Below the pieces are notes generated by a model, which did not search any database, had not been told where the DNA came from, and saw nothing but the letters and a program-made list of their open reading frames with translations. Of a stretch of DNA of 64,000 nucleotides, positions 43,631 to 59,502 are shown piece after piece; the stretch's first letter is position 1, and each line of letters opens with the position of its first letter. Made by a program: the position numbers and the translations under genes. Source of the DNA: the human T2T-CHM13v2.0 reference genome, Homo sapiens; NCBI RefSeq assembly GCF_009914755.1, contig NC_060928.1, one strand, 5' to 3'.

Positions 43631-45519
43631 TAAGAAACATGGTCAGTCTATTTATATATTTAAATAAATTATCACATGAATAAACTACCATAATTCTACC
43701 ATTCTCTCCAACAAATTACTTACTGAAGATACAATTGATGGCAAGAAATCCAGAACTGTTAATTTATTTTGGAATTGGGATAGGTAGGTTGGTTTTGTTT
43801 ATATCCACATGATTGTATAGCTGTTGCTTTTGCAACAAAAGCAGAATTTGTGGTTTATGTTTGAGAATTGGGCAACTTATAGCAGGACATTAATCAGGCT
43901 GAAAGCATACCTCCATAGTTATTGTCCAGGTCTATAATAAATAGTCAATACATTTTTAAATATATATGAACATGAATACTTATTTTGCTTGCTTTTGATA
44001 GAGAAGACACAGTCCTCACTGTTCTAAAGCTTATAATCCATTGGGCATTACAGACAAATGTATAGCACTTTCATAACATAGTATGGTAAATGCTATACAA
44101 TAGTGTTACTGACTAGATACCTGGATTTAGAGAGATATGAAAGATGAGATGTCATAGATGGTTCAGAATTTGCTAGGCAGAAGCAGGCTGCAGGTTTCAG
44201 ACAGAGGGAACAGAGTGTGTAGAGACCTGAAGGCAAGAGAAAACATGGACAGGGTTTTACAAATATGTATATATGAGTGGGAATATCATTTATCAATACT
44301 AATATTTTCGCTTATTGTTTCTGAAGTTGTATTGTGGACAGTGTCACCAAGCCAGGTGGGCTGCATGAAGTCTGTTGGCTGTGAGTTGCTTATCAGCTCA
44401 CAGTCTGTTGGCTGTGAGTTGCATTAGATGAAAGACACTTAAGAAATAAGTCAGTGAAAACCCAAGGAGGTAGCTTGAGTTAACAATCTGAAACTCAAGT
44501 GAGGAGGAAGAGTATCCATAACACATATCAAAATTTGGATGTGAAAGCAGAAGAGCTCAAGAAATCTTATGACTCATGCTTACCAATTTGCTGGTAGAAG
44601 ATTTTGTATGTCATTTATATATACATAGTGTATATTGCCAGACACAATGAGTTTCAAACATAGGGCGTTCTAGTATGTTTGGTTTTACAGTATTAGGTTA
44701 GCATAGTGTTCCTTAGTGTTTTATTTTGATGGCTCTGCATGGCATATAGTAAGCACTCAATAAATATTTGCTATGATTCTATTACCATTTCATCATTATT
44801 AAAGACAATATGATTCAAGGTAATTTAACAAAGAAGTCATGTAGAAGCCACAGTTGGAAAACACCACAAATATAGTCAGCTCTTGATTATTTTTTCTCTC
44901 TTTCACAGTCATTTTATTTTTCATGGTATTTTTACACAAAAGAAATATAGAAAGATGTGACTCAACTCCAGTAAAAGATTAGTGTTGGGAGTTGTTCAGT
45001 TTTGGTTCCCTGAATAAGGCCTATTACCATCACCTCTAAACAGAAAGTGCTGGTAAATTACACACGAGGGGATTTTTCAATAAAGCTGCAGATAGAAGAT
45101 TGTTCAAGTTAGAGGAGTGAAATTGTTGTCTATATTGTTAGAATTATATCAGACTGGCTGAAATACTAAAGGAAGCCTGCTACTTTGATTAGAGTATATT
45201 TAGGAAATGTATTCAAGGATGACTCAATGCAAAAATTTAAAGCCAGCTGCAAAGGAGCTTGGGAATGAAGGAGAAAACACCTGGGAAGATTAAAAATAGA
45301 AATAAAACTCCCCAACTGCCTCATGCCCAAATTCACTAATATAAGCAACCACTCCATATCCCTCTTCACCAAAAAGGCTTCAGAGTTTCCATATTATGGA
45401 CAAGAAAATATTCATATTTTTATTTTGTATACAATCATAATTTAGGCAAGCTAAATGGAAAAAAATACCTTTGTAATTAGTCATACATCTTATACATCTT
45501 ATATTTATCATAAATATGT

Positions 45520-46345
45520 TTTTGTTTACCTTCTAACTTTTATTTTAGGTTCAAGGGGATATGTGCACAGGTTTGTTACGTGGTTATGAGTAAATTGCAT
45601 GTCACTAGAGTTTGGTGTACAAATGATTTTTTCACCCTTCTCCCACCTTCCACTCTCAAGTAGGCCTCCAGTGTCTGTTGTTGCCATCTTTATGTCCATG
45701 AGCACCCAGTGTTTGGCTCCTACTTATAAGTGAGAACATGCAGTGTTTGGTTTTCTATTCCTAAATTAAATTGCTTAGGATAATGGCCTCCAGCACCATC
45801 CATGTTGCTGCAAAGTATATAATTTCATTCTTTTTTATGGCTGCATAGTATCCCATGGTGTATATGTACCACATTTTCTCTATCCAATCTACTGCTAGTA
45901 AGCATCTAGGTTGATTCCATGTCTTTGCTATTGTGAATAGTGCTGCAGTCAATGCATGTATGCAGGTGTCTTTATGGCAGAATGATTTACAGTCCCTTGG
46001 GTATATATCAAGTAATGGGATTGCTGGGTCCAATGGTATTTCTAAGTTCTTTGGGATATCTCCAAACTGCTTTCCACAGTGACAGAACTAATTTACATTC
46101 CCATCAGCGTGTATAAACATTCCTTTTCTCTGCAACCTCACCAGTCTGTTATTTTTTGAGTTTTTTTTAATAATAGCTATTCTGACTAGTGTGAAATGGT
46201 GTCTCATGCGGTTTTGATTTGCGTTTCTCTAACGATTAGTGATGTTGAGCATTTTTTCATATGCTTGTTAGCCATATTTATGTCTTCTTTTGAGAAGTTT
46301 CTGTTCGTGTACTTTGCCCCCAAATTTTTTTTTTTTTTTTTTGGG
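45520..46345 (-). mobile_element. L1PB/late L1PA 3' fragment
   Basis: cttttattttaggttcaagggg...acttataagtgagaacatgcag; ORF 45761..46033 DPAIPLL...IAKTWNQPRC is the ORF2 C-terminus. Confidence 0.9.
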
Positions 46346-46389
46346 AACTTTGCACCATGTTTGTAAAGCGACATTTAAATGGTATTAAC

Positions 46390-46865
46390 TTGTTTAACTC
46401 ATATTTACTGGACACCTTCTAAGCACCAGGTATTAAGCAAAGTGCTAGAGATACAGTAGTGAATAAGACTGACTTACTGCCTGAAGGAGGAGATAATCAT
46501 TAATCAACTAACCATACAAGTAAATGTCAAACTATAACAGTGATAAGTACTACAAACAAGAAGGGTATGCTCCCTGAGACTGTATAGTGGGGCATTCGAC
46601 CTAGTTTGAGGTAAAAGAAGGTTTTCCTCTGAAGGTGTTGTTTTGAGTCAGAAGGATAGATGGGGTTTATTAATAGATAGATAAGGAGGGTAGGCCATGG
46701 GAGAAGAGTGGCTCAGACAACAAAAGAGAACATACAAAGACCCTCTGTTGTAAGGGAGCCTGATCTAGTCAAGGCACTGGGAGCAGGCCAGTGTGGCAGA
46801 GCTCAAAGAGTGGGGGTGAGCACAGTGAGATGAGGCTACTGAGGTACACAGGGGTCAGCAATACA
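46390..46865 (-). mobile_element. L2 3' fragment
   Basis: catatttactggacacc...gctagagatacagtagtgaataagac...ggccagtgtggcagagc. Confidence 0.7.
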
Positions 46866-46879
46866 ACACCTAATTTTAA

Positions 46880-47310
46880 GCTGGCACATGACTACTTGGA
46901 AAAAAGACTACATTTCTCAACTTCCTGCAGCTGGGTTTGGCCACATGGTTAAGTTTTGGCCAATGAGGTGTAAAATGAAGTACAGGTTGCAATTTCCAGC
47001 AAGTGTCTTTAAAATGAGAAGGCATGTCCTTTCCCCCTACTTCATCCTTCCTGTTGACAGAAATTTGGATTACATGGTTGGGGCTCAAGTAGCCCTTTTG
47101 AAACACGAGGTGATCTTGGGATAGAAACTCTGCATGGCAGAACCACAAGGTGAAAAGAGTCTGGGTCCTAACACTTAGAGTGCATGGTGGATGTGGCCTG
47201 ACTACATGACTTTTTGGGGAGGGGAATTAAAATGTCCTTCTGTCTTGTTTATGCCACTATTATTCATGATTTTTTTTTCTGTTACAGAAAATCTAATTCC
47301 CAACTGATAA
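46880..47310 (+). mobile_element. MLT1 LTR (MLT1J/I-like)
   Basis: aaagactacatttctcaacttcctgcagct...ggccacatggttaagttttggccaatgag...cttgtttatgccact. Confidence 0.75.
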
Positions 47311-47420
47311 CCCTGGGGTTTCAGCAGGCTAAAGTTAGCCCAGCTAAATCCACTGAGTGTACTCTACTGCCACTTTTTTTTAAATTTGTCAATGATTGTA
47401 GAGTGGAGAAGATTACTAGC

Positions 47421-49506
47421 TTTGTCAGTCAGTTTTTGTATCACTATAAAGAAATACTTGAGGGTATTCTGCTTCTGGTGAGGGCCCCCCAAATCTCATG
47501 ACCTTTTCACATTTTGAAATACAGTCATGCATTCATGATAGTTCCCCCAATACTTAACTCATTCCAGCCTAACTAAAAAGTCCCAAGTCTCAAGTCCCAA
47601 GTCCCAAGTCTTATCTGGAGATGAAGTTCTTTCAACTATGTGCCTATCAGATAAAAAATAAGTTATGTACTTCCAAGATACAATGGTGGTAGAGGCATTG
47701 GGTATACATTCCAAAAGGAAGAAATTGGCCATAAGAAGGGATAACAGGCCCTAACCAAGTCAGAAACCCAGCAGTGCAGGCATTACATTTTAGAGCTTTA
47801 ACATAATTCTTGACTTCACGTCCCACATCTTTGTGTGAGGCTTGGGATCTCAAGGTTCTGGGAAGCCCCACTGCTGTGGTTTTGCAGGGTGCAGGCCATG
47901 TGGCTGCTCTCACAGGTTGGAGTTGAGAGAGTGTAGCTTTTCTAGGTAAAGGGTGCAAGCTGCCAGTGAATCTACCATTCTGCAACTCCACTAGGCCTCC
48001 CCTTCCTACAACTCCACTAGGCAGTGCCCTGGTGGGGATGCTGTGTGTGGGCTCCAAACCCACATTTCCCCTTAGTATTGCCCTAATAGTGCTTCTCTAT
48101 GAGGGCTCCGCTCTTATGGCAGGCTTCTGCTGGGCACCCAGGCATTTCCATACATCTTCTGAAATCTAGGTGGAAGCCACAAAGCCTCCCTCATGCTTGC
48201 ATTCTGAGCATCTGCAGGCTTAACATCATATGGCAGCCACCAAGGCTTATGGCTTGCACCCTCCAGAATGGCGGTCCAAGCTGAACCCGGCTTCTTTGAG
48301 CTGAAGCTGAAACTAGACTAGTTGGAATGTGGGGTGCAGTGCCCCAAGGCTGCTCAGGGGAGGGGGCCCTGGGCCTGGCCACCAACATCATGCTTTCCTC
48401 CTAGGCCTCTGGGCCTGTGTGGGGAGGCTGCCCTGAAAACTTCTGAAATGCCTTCAAAGCCCTTCATCCATTGTCTTGGATATTACTAGCACTTGGCCTC
48501 CCTTTTAGTCATGCGAATCTCTACAACATAGCCTGCCTGGATTCCTTTCCTGAAAATGCTTTTGCTTTCTTTACCACATGGCCAGGAGGCAAATTTTTCC
48601 ATTTTTTTGCTCTGCTTCCCTTTTCATTATAAATTCCAACTTTAAGTCATTTCTTCACTCCTGTATCTAATCATAGGTTGTTGGAAGCATCCAGTTCACA
48701 TCTTGGACCACTTTGCTGCTTATAAATTTCTTCTGCCAAATATCTTAGGTCATCACTCTTAAATTCGAACTTCCACAGATCTCTAGGTCATGAATCCAAC
48801 CCAACCACATTCTTTGCTAGGGTGTAACATGGGTGACCTTAACTCCAGTTCCCAATAAGTTCCTCACTCCCATCTTCCTTACTTCATCAGGCTCATTTTC
48901 ACTCCATATTTCGATCAGCACTTTGGTCACAACCACTTAACAGCTTTCTAAGTCGTTCCAAACTTTCCTTCATCTTCCTGTCTTCTGAGTCCTTCAAACT
49001 CTTCCAACCTCTGCCCATTACTAAAAGCCACTTTCACATTTTCAGGTATCTTTATAGCAACATCCCTCTGCTCAGTACTAATTTTCTGTGTTAGTCAGTT
49101 TCTGCATTGCTATAAAGGAATATCTGAAACTAGGTAACTTGTAAAGAAAAGAGGTTTAATTGGCTCACAGTTTTGCAGACTGTACAAGCATGGCTCCAGA
49201 ATCTGCTTCTAGTGAGGGTCTTAGGAAGCTTATAATCACGGCAGAAGGCAAAGGGAGAGCAGATGATGTCACATGGTGTGAGTGGGAGCAAGAGAGAGAG
49301 AAGGGGGAGGTCCCAGAGTCTTTTAAACAATCACATCTCACATGAACCAACTGAGCAAGAACTCACTCATCACCAAGGGGATGGTACTAAACCGTTCATG
49401 AAGGATCTGCTCCCGTGATCCAATCTCCTCCTACCAGGCCCCACCTCCAACACTGGGCATTATTTCAACATGAGATTGGAAGGGGACAAACATCCAAGCC
49501 ATATCA
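47421..49506 (-). mobile_element. MST (MSTA/B) ERVL-MaLR element: intact LTR 49087-49506, internal region, other LTR reduced to ~65 bp
   Basis: MST-int sequence homologous to the THE1-int at 13 kb; LTR tgtgttagtcag...gccatatca; TSD ctagc (47416-47420) / ccagc (49507-49511). Confidence 0.9.
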
Positions 49507-49893
49507 CCAGCTAACAGGAAGTTCTATTTGGCTGCCTCCTTGACTTTATTTTAGCACAGCTGTGAAGCAACTGTAGCATGTTACACAGGGTAGGGATTCT
49601 TAAAAAATATTTAGGCAAAGTGTGAAAACATGAACTATTGTATAATGAGTTAAAAAATAATTCAGATAATCAATATATATCGTTCAGTTAAGTAAATCCT
49701 CTTTCCTTGAGGAATGGCTCTCAATTAAAGGGAGACAGGAATCCAGGAGGAAGGAGAAAACATTCTATGTCCTTGTTTAGTTTATGTACATCCTGATGAA
49801 CTAATGGCTGTACTTTGAAACGTAGAAGGCCCTGGATAAAACATTCTCTACGTTAATGTAATTTCACATTTCCTAGGCTACATCAGCTTAGGG

Positions 49894-50118
49894 CAGTGGT
49901 TTTCAAATTTTCTCAGTTGCAAAACAGTTTCTTAGGCAAAAGCTTACATGGAAGCTATAATATAGAAAGTTGGAGGGCATATAGCTGCTCTGATTAACAG
50001 AGATGTCAGGGACAAAGAACCCTGCCTGAGTCTCCAGCCCCGCTCCAGCTGTGTGTGGCTCCCGCACAGGTTTTAGTGGCACTCCTTAGGGTTCCAAGGA
50101 GTATAGTTTGAAAAACAA
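49894..50118. mobile_element. hAT-Charlie MITE (family uncertain)
   Basis: Terminal inverted match cagtggttttcaaa ... tttgaaaaacaa. Confidence 0.5.
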
Positions 50119-50339
50119 TTTTGGGGATTTTAAAGGCACAAAGTAATGGTTGCAAAATGGCACTTTTTTTTCTGGCTTTACCCCGACCTCTTGAAAAAGT
50201 CCAATGCCCCTAAGATTCTTCTCAAAATTTTCTGGATATTTCTGGATGGAGTCAGCTAAAATGTCACCTACTCTTGCCTAATCATCCTGTCTGGAGTTGC
50301 ATCCCTCAATTATGTTTTAAATATTGGTAAGTGTTTCTA

Positions 50340-52610
<2,271 letters not shown>

Positions 52611-52619
52611 CAGGGCCAT

Positions 52620-52815
52620 GTTTGACATGTTTATTTGCAGGACTTTTCACTCTCAAAAAAATTTTTGTTTGTTTGTCTATTTGCCAGTGTATAATCTCTT
52701 TTCTCTTTGTAAAATAAGCTCCATGAGTGCAGGGGCCTTTGTTTGGTTTACTGCTGTATCACTGGTGTCTGGCATAGTGTTTGGCATGGAGAATGTGTTC
52801 AGTCAATTTTTTTGA
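52620..52815 (+). mobile_element. L2 3' end
   Basis: taagctccatgagtgcagggg...ctggcatagtgtttggcatgg...gttcagtcaatt. Confidence 0.7.
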
Positions 52816-52818
52816 AAA

Positions 52819-53491
<673 letters not shown>

Positions 53492-53674
53492 AAAAGCATG
53501 CTCAAAGGACTCATGAATGACAAGCTAGCCCTTGAAAACCTGTGCTGTCTGCCATTTTCCTTTTCTGTTCTGGCTGCCTGGGGTGATGTTTCCTGTCGCA
53601 GCTAATGCCGCAAGTGATAGCTCTACCTCCAGTGACCACTAAGGCAGGACAGTCAGCAAGAAAGCCAGAGATAT

Positions 53675-54120
53675 TGTTATAGAAGAATTTTAGACAAATT
53701 CGTTTAACAGACTTTATTTGATCAAAGAACAACTCGTGAATTGAGCAATACTCAGAACCGGAAGAGGTTTTAAGAGCTCCACCCAGCAGTGTAAGCAGTA
53801 AGCTTTTATAGGATGAACACAGAAGAAAAATAGAAAAAAAATCATCTGATTGGCTTCGGCTAGGCATTTGCCTTTTTGGGCCACGGCGTGTTGAGGCATC
53901 TGCCTTATTTGAGCATGATCTGATCAGTTGGCTCCCTGTGATTGGCTTGATGGTCAGCTGTTTGTGATTGGTTGAAACTTGGCTACTCGCAAGAAGAAAA
54001 TATACTCCTAAGTTAGGTTTTGGCTTGTTTATGTACTAGATTAGGTTGTGGTTTGTTATGTAGGACCTCAAAATATGAGACAGTCCCAGGCCAATGGTCT
54101 CCTGCTTATTTAATTTAACA
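53675..54120 (-). mobile_element. ERV1 solo LTR (LTR54/MER57 group)
   Basis: Ends ccaatggtctcctgcttatttaatttaaca, the reverse complement of the start of the 38227 LTR; several ATTGG boxes. Confidence 0.8.
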
Positions 54121-55075
54121 ACACAAGATTGCAAATTTCTGAAGGTGGGTCCTTAATAGCTATGCCTAGTGTGCTGTCTCTAGGCTACGCTGAAGCTTCT
54201 GGTACCTCATCTGTTAGTGGATGTTAAGTGTGGTGTTGCACTCTCTTCTTTAATTGCCGAAAGAGGAGTTAGCTTTGGGCCTCATCATTGCGAGGAAAGA
54301 ACTGAGGCTTGGAGGGCTGAATTGAAGATTAATCTGAATGACTAACACTATGTTGTTTCCAAAATCACCCCCTGTTCCACTTTGAAACAAACTTGTGTTT
54401 TCTTAGTTTCTCCCCGAAAGGAAAAGTTTCTCACCAGGAGTGTCGTGATGCTTTGTGTATATAAATCCTTGCTGGGTCCATATCTATTCTCCACACATGC
54501 CTGGAGTCGAGGCTGAATCATTTATTATTTATTCCCCAGCATGATATAGCTTTATTGCTTATGTTCACTGGGGTTTGGGAAATAAAGACTCAGGAAGCAG
54601 AAACACACCAGCTACAAGAGTCTGACATTTGTTTATGAGCAGGACAGCCTTGACTTATTATTCTACTTCTTCTCTTGCGTCTCCGGGAACAGATCTAAGA
54701 AGTGGGACCTTGTATGCAGTCACTGAGACAGCTGTTCCCATGAAAATCAGGGCTCATGGAGGACATGCAAATGCTTCTCTGTCAGTCTTCAGCCTGCTTG
54801 CTCTGCCTTCTGCTTTCCTGGTGAGGATTAAAAGAGGATTTCAGAGCTCTCCTTCAATTTGATGCCATCATTTTGATGTCTATGCCACCCGTAACTCCAA
54901 TTTCTAAACTTGAGAGCTGTACAGGCCTGTTACAAAGTGGTTACCTTTTAACCACTAACTTCCGAGAAAAAACTTGGATCACTGAGGAGAGAACGAAGAC
55001 AAATACAATTGAAGCCCCAGGTAGTTTTCCTGAGGCCTCATGATTTCTTTTGGCAGAGAAACCTATGATAGCTGG

Positions 55076-55092
55076 TGGCCACTAGGGGTCCC
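55076..55092 (+). promoter_or_regulatory. Candidate CTCF motif
   Basis: TGGCCACTAGGGGTCCC versus core CCASYAGRKGGC (1 mismatch). Confidence 0.45.
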
Positions 55093-55185
55093 CAGAAGGC
55101 TTTTTTAATGAACAAGAGGCACCCGCGCTCCTCACCCCTCCCTTTCCTTCCCACAGATGCCAGGGGTAAAAACAACTTTAAGCTC

Positions 55186-55193
55186 TGACGTCA
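55186..55193. promoter_or_regulatory. Full CRE palindrome
   Basis: TGACGTCA inside CTGACGTCAG with the CpG intact. Confidence 0.4.
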
Positions 55194-57124
55194 GCCAGCC
55201 AGGGGAGCCACCCTGTTGTGCCCATAGGTATAGCTAAGCTTCTGAGAACTGGGGCCTGGTGCTTTCCCTGGCAGCCCAATTTTCAGCTTAAATCATTGCC
55301 TTAATGTTATTTTAATGTGCTTGGGGTCCCTGGGGGACAGAGTGGGTGGCAGGGGAACAGCATTTAATTTCCTTTGGAGTTTGGAATGTGCCTGACACTT
55401 CTTAAGTACTTGAGTGAATATGAGAGTCTGTAATCCTTGCAAGAGCAAGCAACTTTGGGGGCCTTCTTATTTGGCAAGCTTCAAGACAAAGTTAAATTTT
55501 TGCTAGGAGAGAGGGAAAAAAGGAAATAAACATGTATTAAAAGTCTGATATATGCCATGGGCTTTACATTTATTATATTATTAAATCTCAAAAATAACCT
55601 CATCCAGTTGGAATTATTGTTCTAAATGCTAATATTAGGAAGGAGACATTCAGATTAAACAATTTGCCTACTGTTTACAGCTGATAAATGACCCAGGTAA
55701 GACCACAGCACTGGTCAATTAGGATCCGCAATCCAGGCTATGCTCTCAGTATCCTTCAGCCTTCTGGTTTTACTGTGAGGGCTCTCGCAAAGGAATCTAC
55801 TCATTGTTTTACCTGAAGCTTTTAAAGTACATAACCAAATCCAAACCTATAAAGGTGAAATAGCACTTTTCTAGATAATAAAATTAAAGCCTGAATGTAA
55901 TCAAGCAAATGCTTATTAGGGATATTTTGTCCACCAGGTGCTATGTCTAATGCAGGTTCTGTTGAGGGCCTCATGTGCTTAATTCAGAGTAAAAACAAAC
56001 AAACAAACAAAAAACACTAATGTTAGGGCAAATGTATTATTTTGACCAGAATGACATAGATTGGCTGTGTCCACATCAACTAAATAAAGTGAGCAATTAT
56101 CTGATGAATTGCTGCTGAAGAGAAACACTTGATTCTTTACCACATTACCAAAAGGGTAGATTGACAAATAAAGAAGAATGTATCAGGCTTGAAGGTTGGC
56201 CAAAAATTGCCAGTCAATACTCTGGAAGTTTAGCAACAGGGAAATATCATAAGGGTTTATTTGAATCAGCCCTGTCACAGTGCCCAACCCAGTGCCTGGT
56301 GTAGTGTAGGCTCTCCGTGAAGGCAGAATCAACGTTGAATGATGTTTTTAAAAATGTTTATAGGCCCACTGTGAACATCCCAGTCTCCCTTCAGCTGAAG
56401 TCACTTTATGTTGACTCAAAACAATCTGCCCTCCAAACGAAAGTGTAAAATAAGAAACCAAGGCTTAGACGCTTCAAACACCAAAGCACCCTCTTCTTAT
56501 ATTCCTCCTAATTGTTAGTAGAGTAAGGTGTTTGGCTATTATTAGTCTCCCAGTGCTTACGTATTTGCTGGAAATATGCCTCATCCTCATGTATTACACC
56601 TTCTGCATAATCTAGTTTTATCATGTAGAAATTCCAAGGATTTATGAAGGTGAAATGACTCTGAAGTCCCTTGGATGAGGCTTATTAAGTGGCCCATTTC
56701 TTCTGAAATTCAGGGAGCTGAACTACAGCAAGGATGGATTGTCAAAATACATATTATGTAATTTTAAGTCACTTGCGCATGACTAAAACCTTAACCATGG
56801 TCAACGTAGGAGAAAATGATAATGATGTAATTTATTTGTGCTCACGTTACCATCTCCCCACCCAACAGTGCCTTAAAATAGATACAACGGATAAACTAGT
56901 AGAACCCTTTTTAAAAACATCAATGGCCACTTTCAAAGGAAAACAAAGTAAGGAAAGGAAAAAGAAGATCTGAAAAGGAACATTCAAAGGTGGGGTCTTA
57001 ATTTCATCTGTGCTCATGGGAGACAGGGGGTGACATCATTTGGTAGAGAAGATGTCTGAAAATTCAGCCTCTTGAAAAGAACAATGTCAATCTATTCTCA
57101 CTTTTAAAATTTGAAAAAGAGGAA

Positions 57125-57625
57125 TGGTAATAACAACATTTACCATTTATTGAGCCTTCTTATGTGCCAGGTTCTAACCCGAACTGAAATCTAAAATAAT
57201 TTCTCTTGAATCCTTAGAAGTTTGATGTTATTATCCTGATGTGTATGAGGAAAAAACTTAAAGAAGTTAGTATTTGCCTACCCTCCTACAGGTCATGAGT
57301 TTTGATGGTTTCTTGAGTTGTTGGGAAGATTTGCTAACACTGGTGGTCTCACTGTGCTTTTTCACTGGGGCATATGGTTATGGGTTAAAGAGTGGTGGCC
57401 TTGGCTTAGGGTTAACAAAAGTAATATTAATAGTAGCTGCAAGTTATTGAGTGTCCACTGTGAGCCAGTCTCTTCACGCTTATCATCTCTTAATTTTCAC
57501 CAAATTATCTGCAAGGAAAGTTTTATCTTTTAATTTTCACAGAGGAAAGAAAGTTGACTGAGGAAACTGAGGTTTATGTTGCAAGAAAGTGATGAAACCA
57601 GGATCAAAGCCAGCTTTGCCTGTGT
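57125..57625 (-). mobile_element. Two MIR fragments (~57125-57300 and ~57425-57625)
   Basis: catttattgagccttcttatgtgccagg; ttattgagtgtccactgtgagccag...tgaggaaactgaggt. Confidence 0.6.
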
Positions 57626-57677
57626 TCTTTCCACCTTCCAGTCCCCGCTGTCCTGTGAGGATAATTAGCAAACGCAG

Positions 57678-57753
57678 ACGTGCTCGCTTGCACAGAACAC
57701 GCTCCCTCTGGTGGAAGTCAGAGAGGTACACAATGAGGCCCTTGTATGAGTCA
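57678..57753 (+). promoter_or_regulatory. Candidate enhancer: HRE (ACGTG-N8-CACAG), ETS and AP-1 motifs
   Basis: ACGTG 57678-57682, CACAG 57691-57695, GGAAGT ~57713-57718, TGAGTCA 57747-57753; local CpG cluster. Confidence 0.4.
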
Positions 57754-59502
57754 ACCCTTTCTGGGTTTCAGGAGAATCTGACCTTGTTTCTTACTTTGTC
57801 ATCTCCTGTTCCTTAGCTAGAGACCCTAAATATGCATCTTCTATTTGTGACTCTGTTTTTCTGTTTTGCTTATTATTATTAAAAATAGCTGACAAAACAA
57901 ACAGTAGGGCAACTTACAAAATATGAATGAATGACACATACCCACAGTCTCTCCTTTTTTTTTGTTTTATTTTGTTTTCTTTCCCACTTTAGACACTTTG
58001 GGTGGTTAGCAAAATCTACCAGAATATATCTTACTTGTTTTCAGGATCTGTCAGAAAATTGTTATGTTGTCTTGGATCCTGAGCCTGCTGTTTAGCCCAC
58101 ACCCTTGTTTGGCATGAGGTGAGACTAGGAATAAGAGAATAAACAGTTGCTTGTACAACATTTTCATAGAGAGGAAGTTATTATATGACACCCAAGCAGA
58201 GAAACTCTTCTTCTTAATCCAGGATGACTGAGGAGGCCAGAGCTCTCCTTTTTGCTCTGGAACCATGAGCCTGCATTCCCTCGCTGCCTTTGGCACCTTG
58301 GCTTTCTACCTTCATGTTCTGAATATGTTGTGTTTTTCTCTCCCATTATGCTGTAAACTTGGCGATAGTGGGGACCGAGTTCCCTAACTGATTTTATCCT
58401 GTTTCTAGTAGTAAAAGGTTTTCAGTCAGGCTTGGTGGAAACAAATATAAAGAAGATAAATAGATTGGATATGAGTTCAAGTACCTGACAAGGAATTTGG
58501 ACATTCTTTTATAGTCCAGTAGTTCTTAAACTTTTTTTTTTCCTAGGCCAGCGCCTGGGGATGTGATACACTCTGACCAGTGATTATTATCCTCTTTTCT
58601 TGAGTGCATGTGAGTGTGTTTTGTGGGGAGGGGAGAAGAGCAGGCACAGGCAGCCATCTAGTAAAAAGTTCCAATGAGAGGCATCTAGTTTTTGAAAAAA
58701 AAAAAAAAAAGAAAGAAAAAAAAAAATCCCTTCATGGCATGTGAAAACCATCCTCCCAGCCCTGACCAGGGCGGTGGAGAGAGTGAAGAGCCACTGAAGT
58801 TTTTGAGTGGGAACATGGGAAGATGAGACGTATTTTTGGAATACCATTGTTCAGGTGTACTGGGCTCGGAGTGGGCATGAACTCAGAGATAGGAGGAAAC
58901 TATAGTCCCTTTATTTTAATGCTGTGAAAATCTGAGCTATATTGTGGATAAGGAGCTGAAGAGGAGGGGTGAATGTGAGACATACAATGAAGGAATAATT
59001 GATAAGGGGAAGAAAGGAAGAATCATTACTACCTTTAGAGAATCTGAGCTTCCCTGATGGGGATAGAGTGATTCCATTAATAGTTACAGGGTAGTAAAAT
59101 GGAAAAGCCAGGGCAGAAGACGTTTTCACTTTCTTAAGTTGACATCGGTTAGAATTAACTCTTGTTTAATTTTCATATTTGTAAATAGTTTTGTAGTCAA
59201 GCATTCCTCCTTACAAATATTTATTTTGTTGGAGGATGTTTAGTTTGCTAGGTACAAATAATTTGATGGCACAACTGTTTTTGCATGTTTCATCCTCTCT
59301 GAATTAAGACTCTTTAATTTTCATGAAATCTTTATTGATGCTAACATGTGAGAGTGAATACTTACAGAAATATGTGTGAGTGATGACAGTTTGAACAGAT
59401 GGAATTAGTCAAATTCTCTTAAGTTCAGATTCATGTCTATAGATCAGTTTCTACAATCCAGATCATAGTCCTTTCTTTTATGGGGAAAATATCCCATGGC
59501 TT

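Noticed and set aside
46325-46342. T18 run as the tail of a separate retroposon
   Set aside because: It matches the L1 tttgccc-ttttt-ggg position and is best read as a homopolymer expansion; no element body follows
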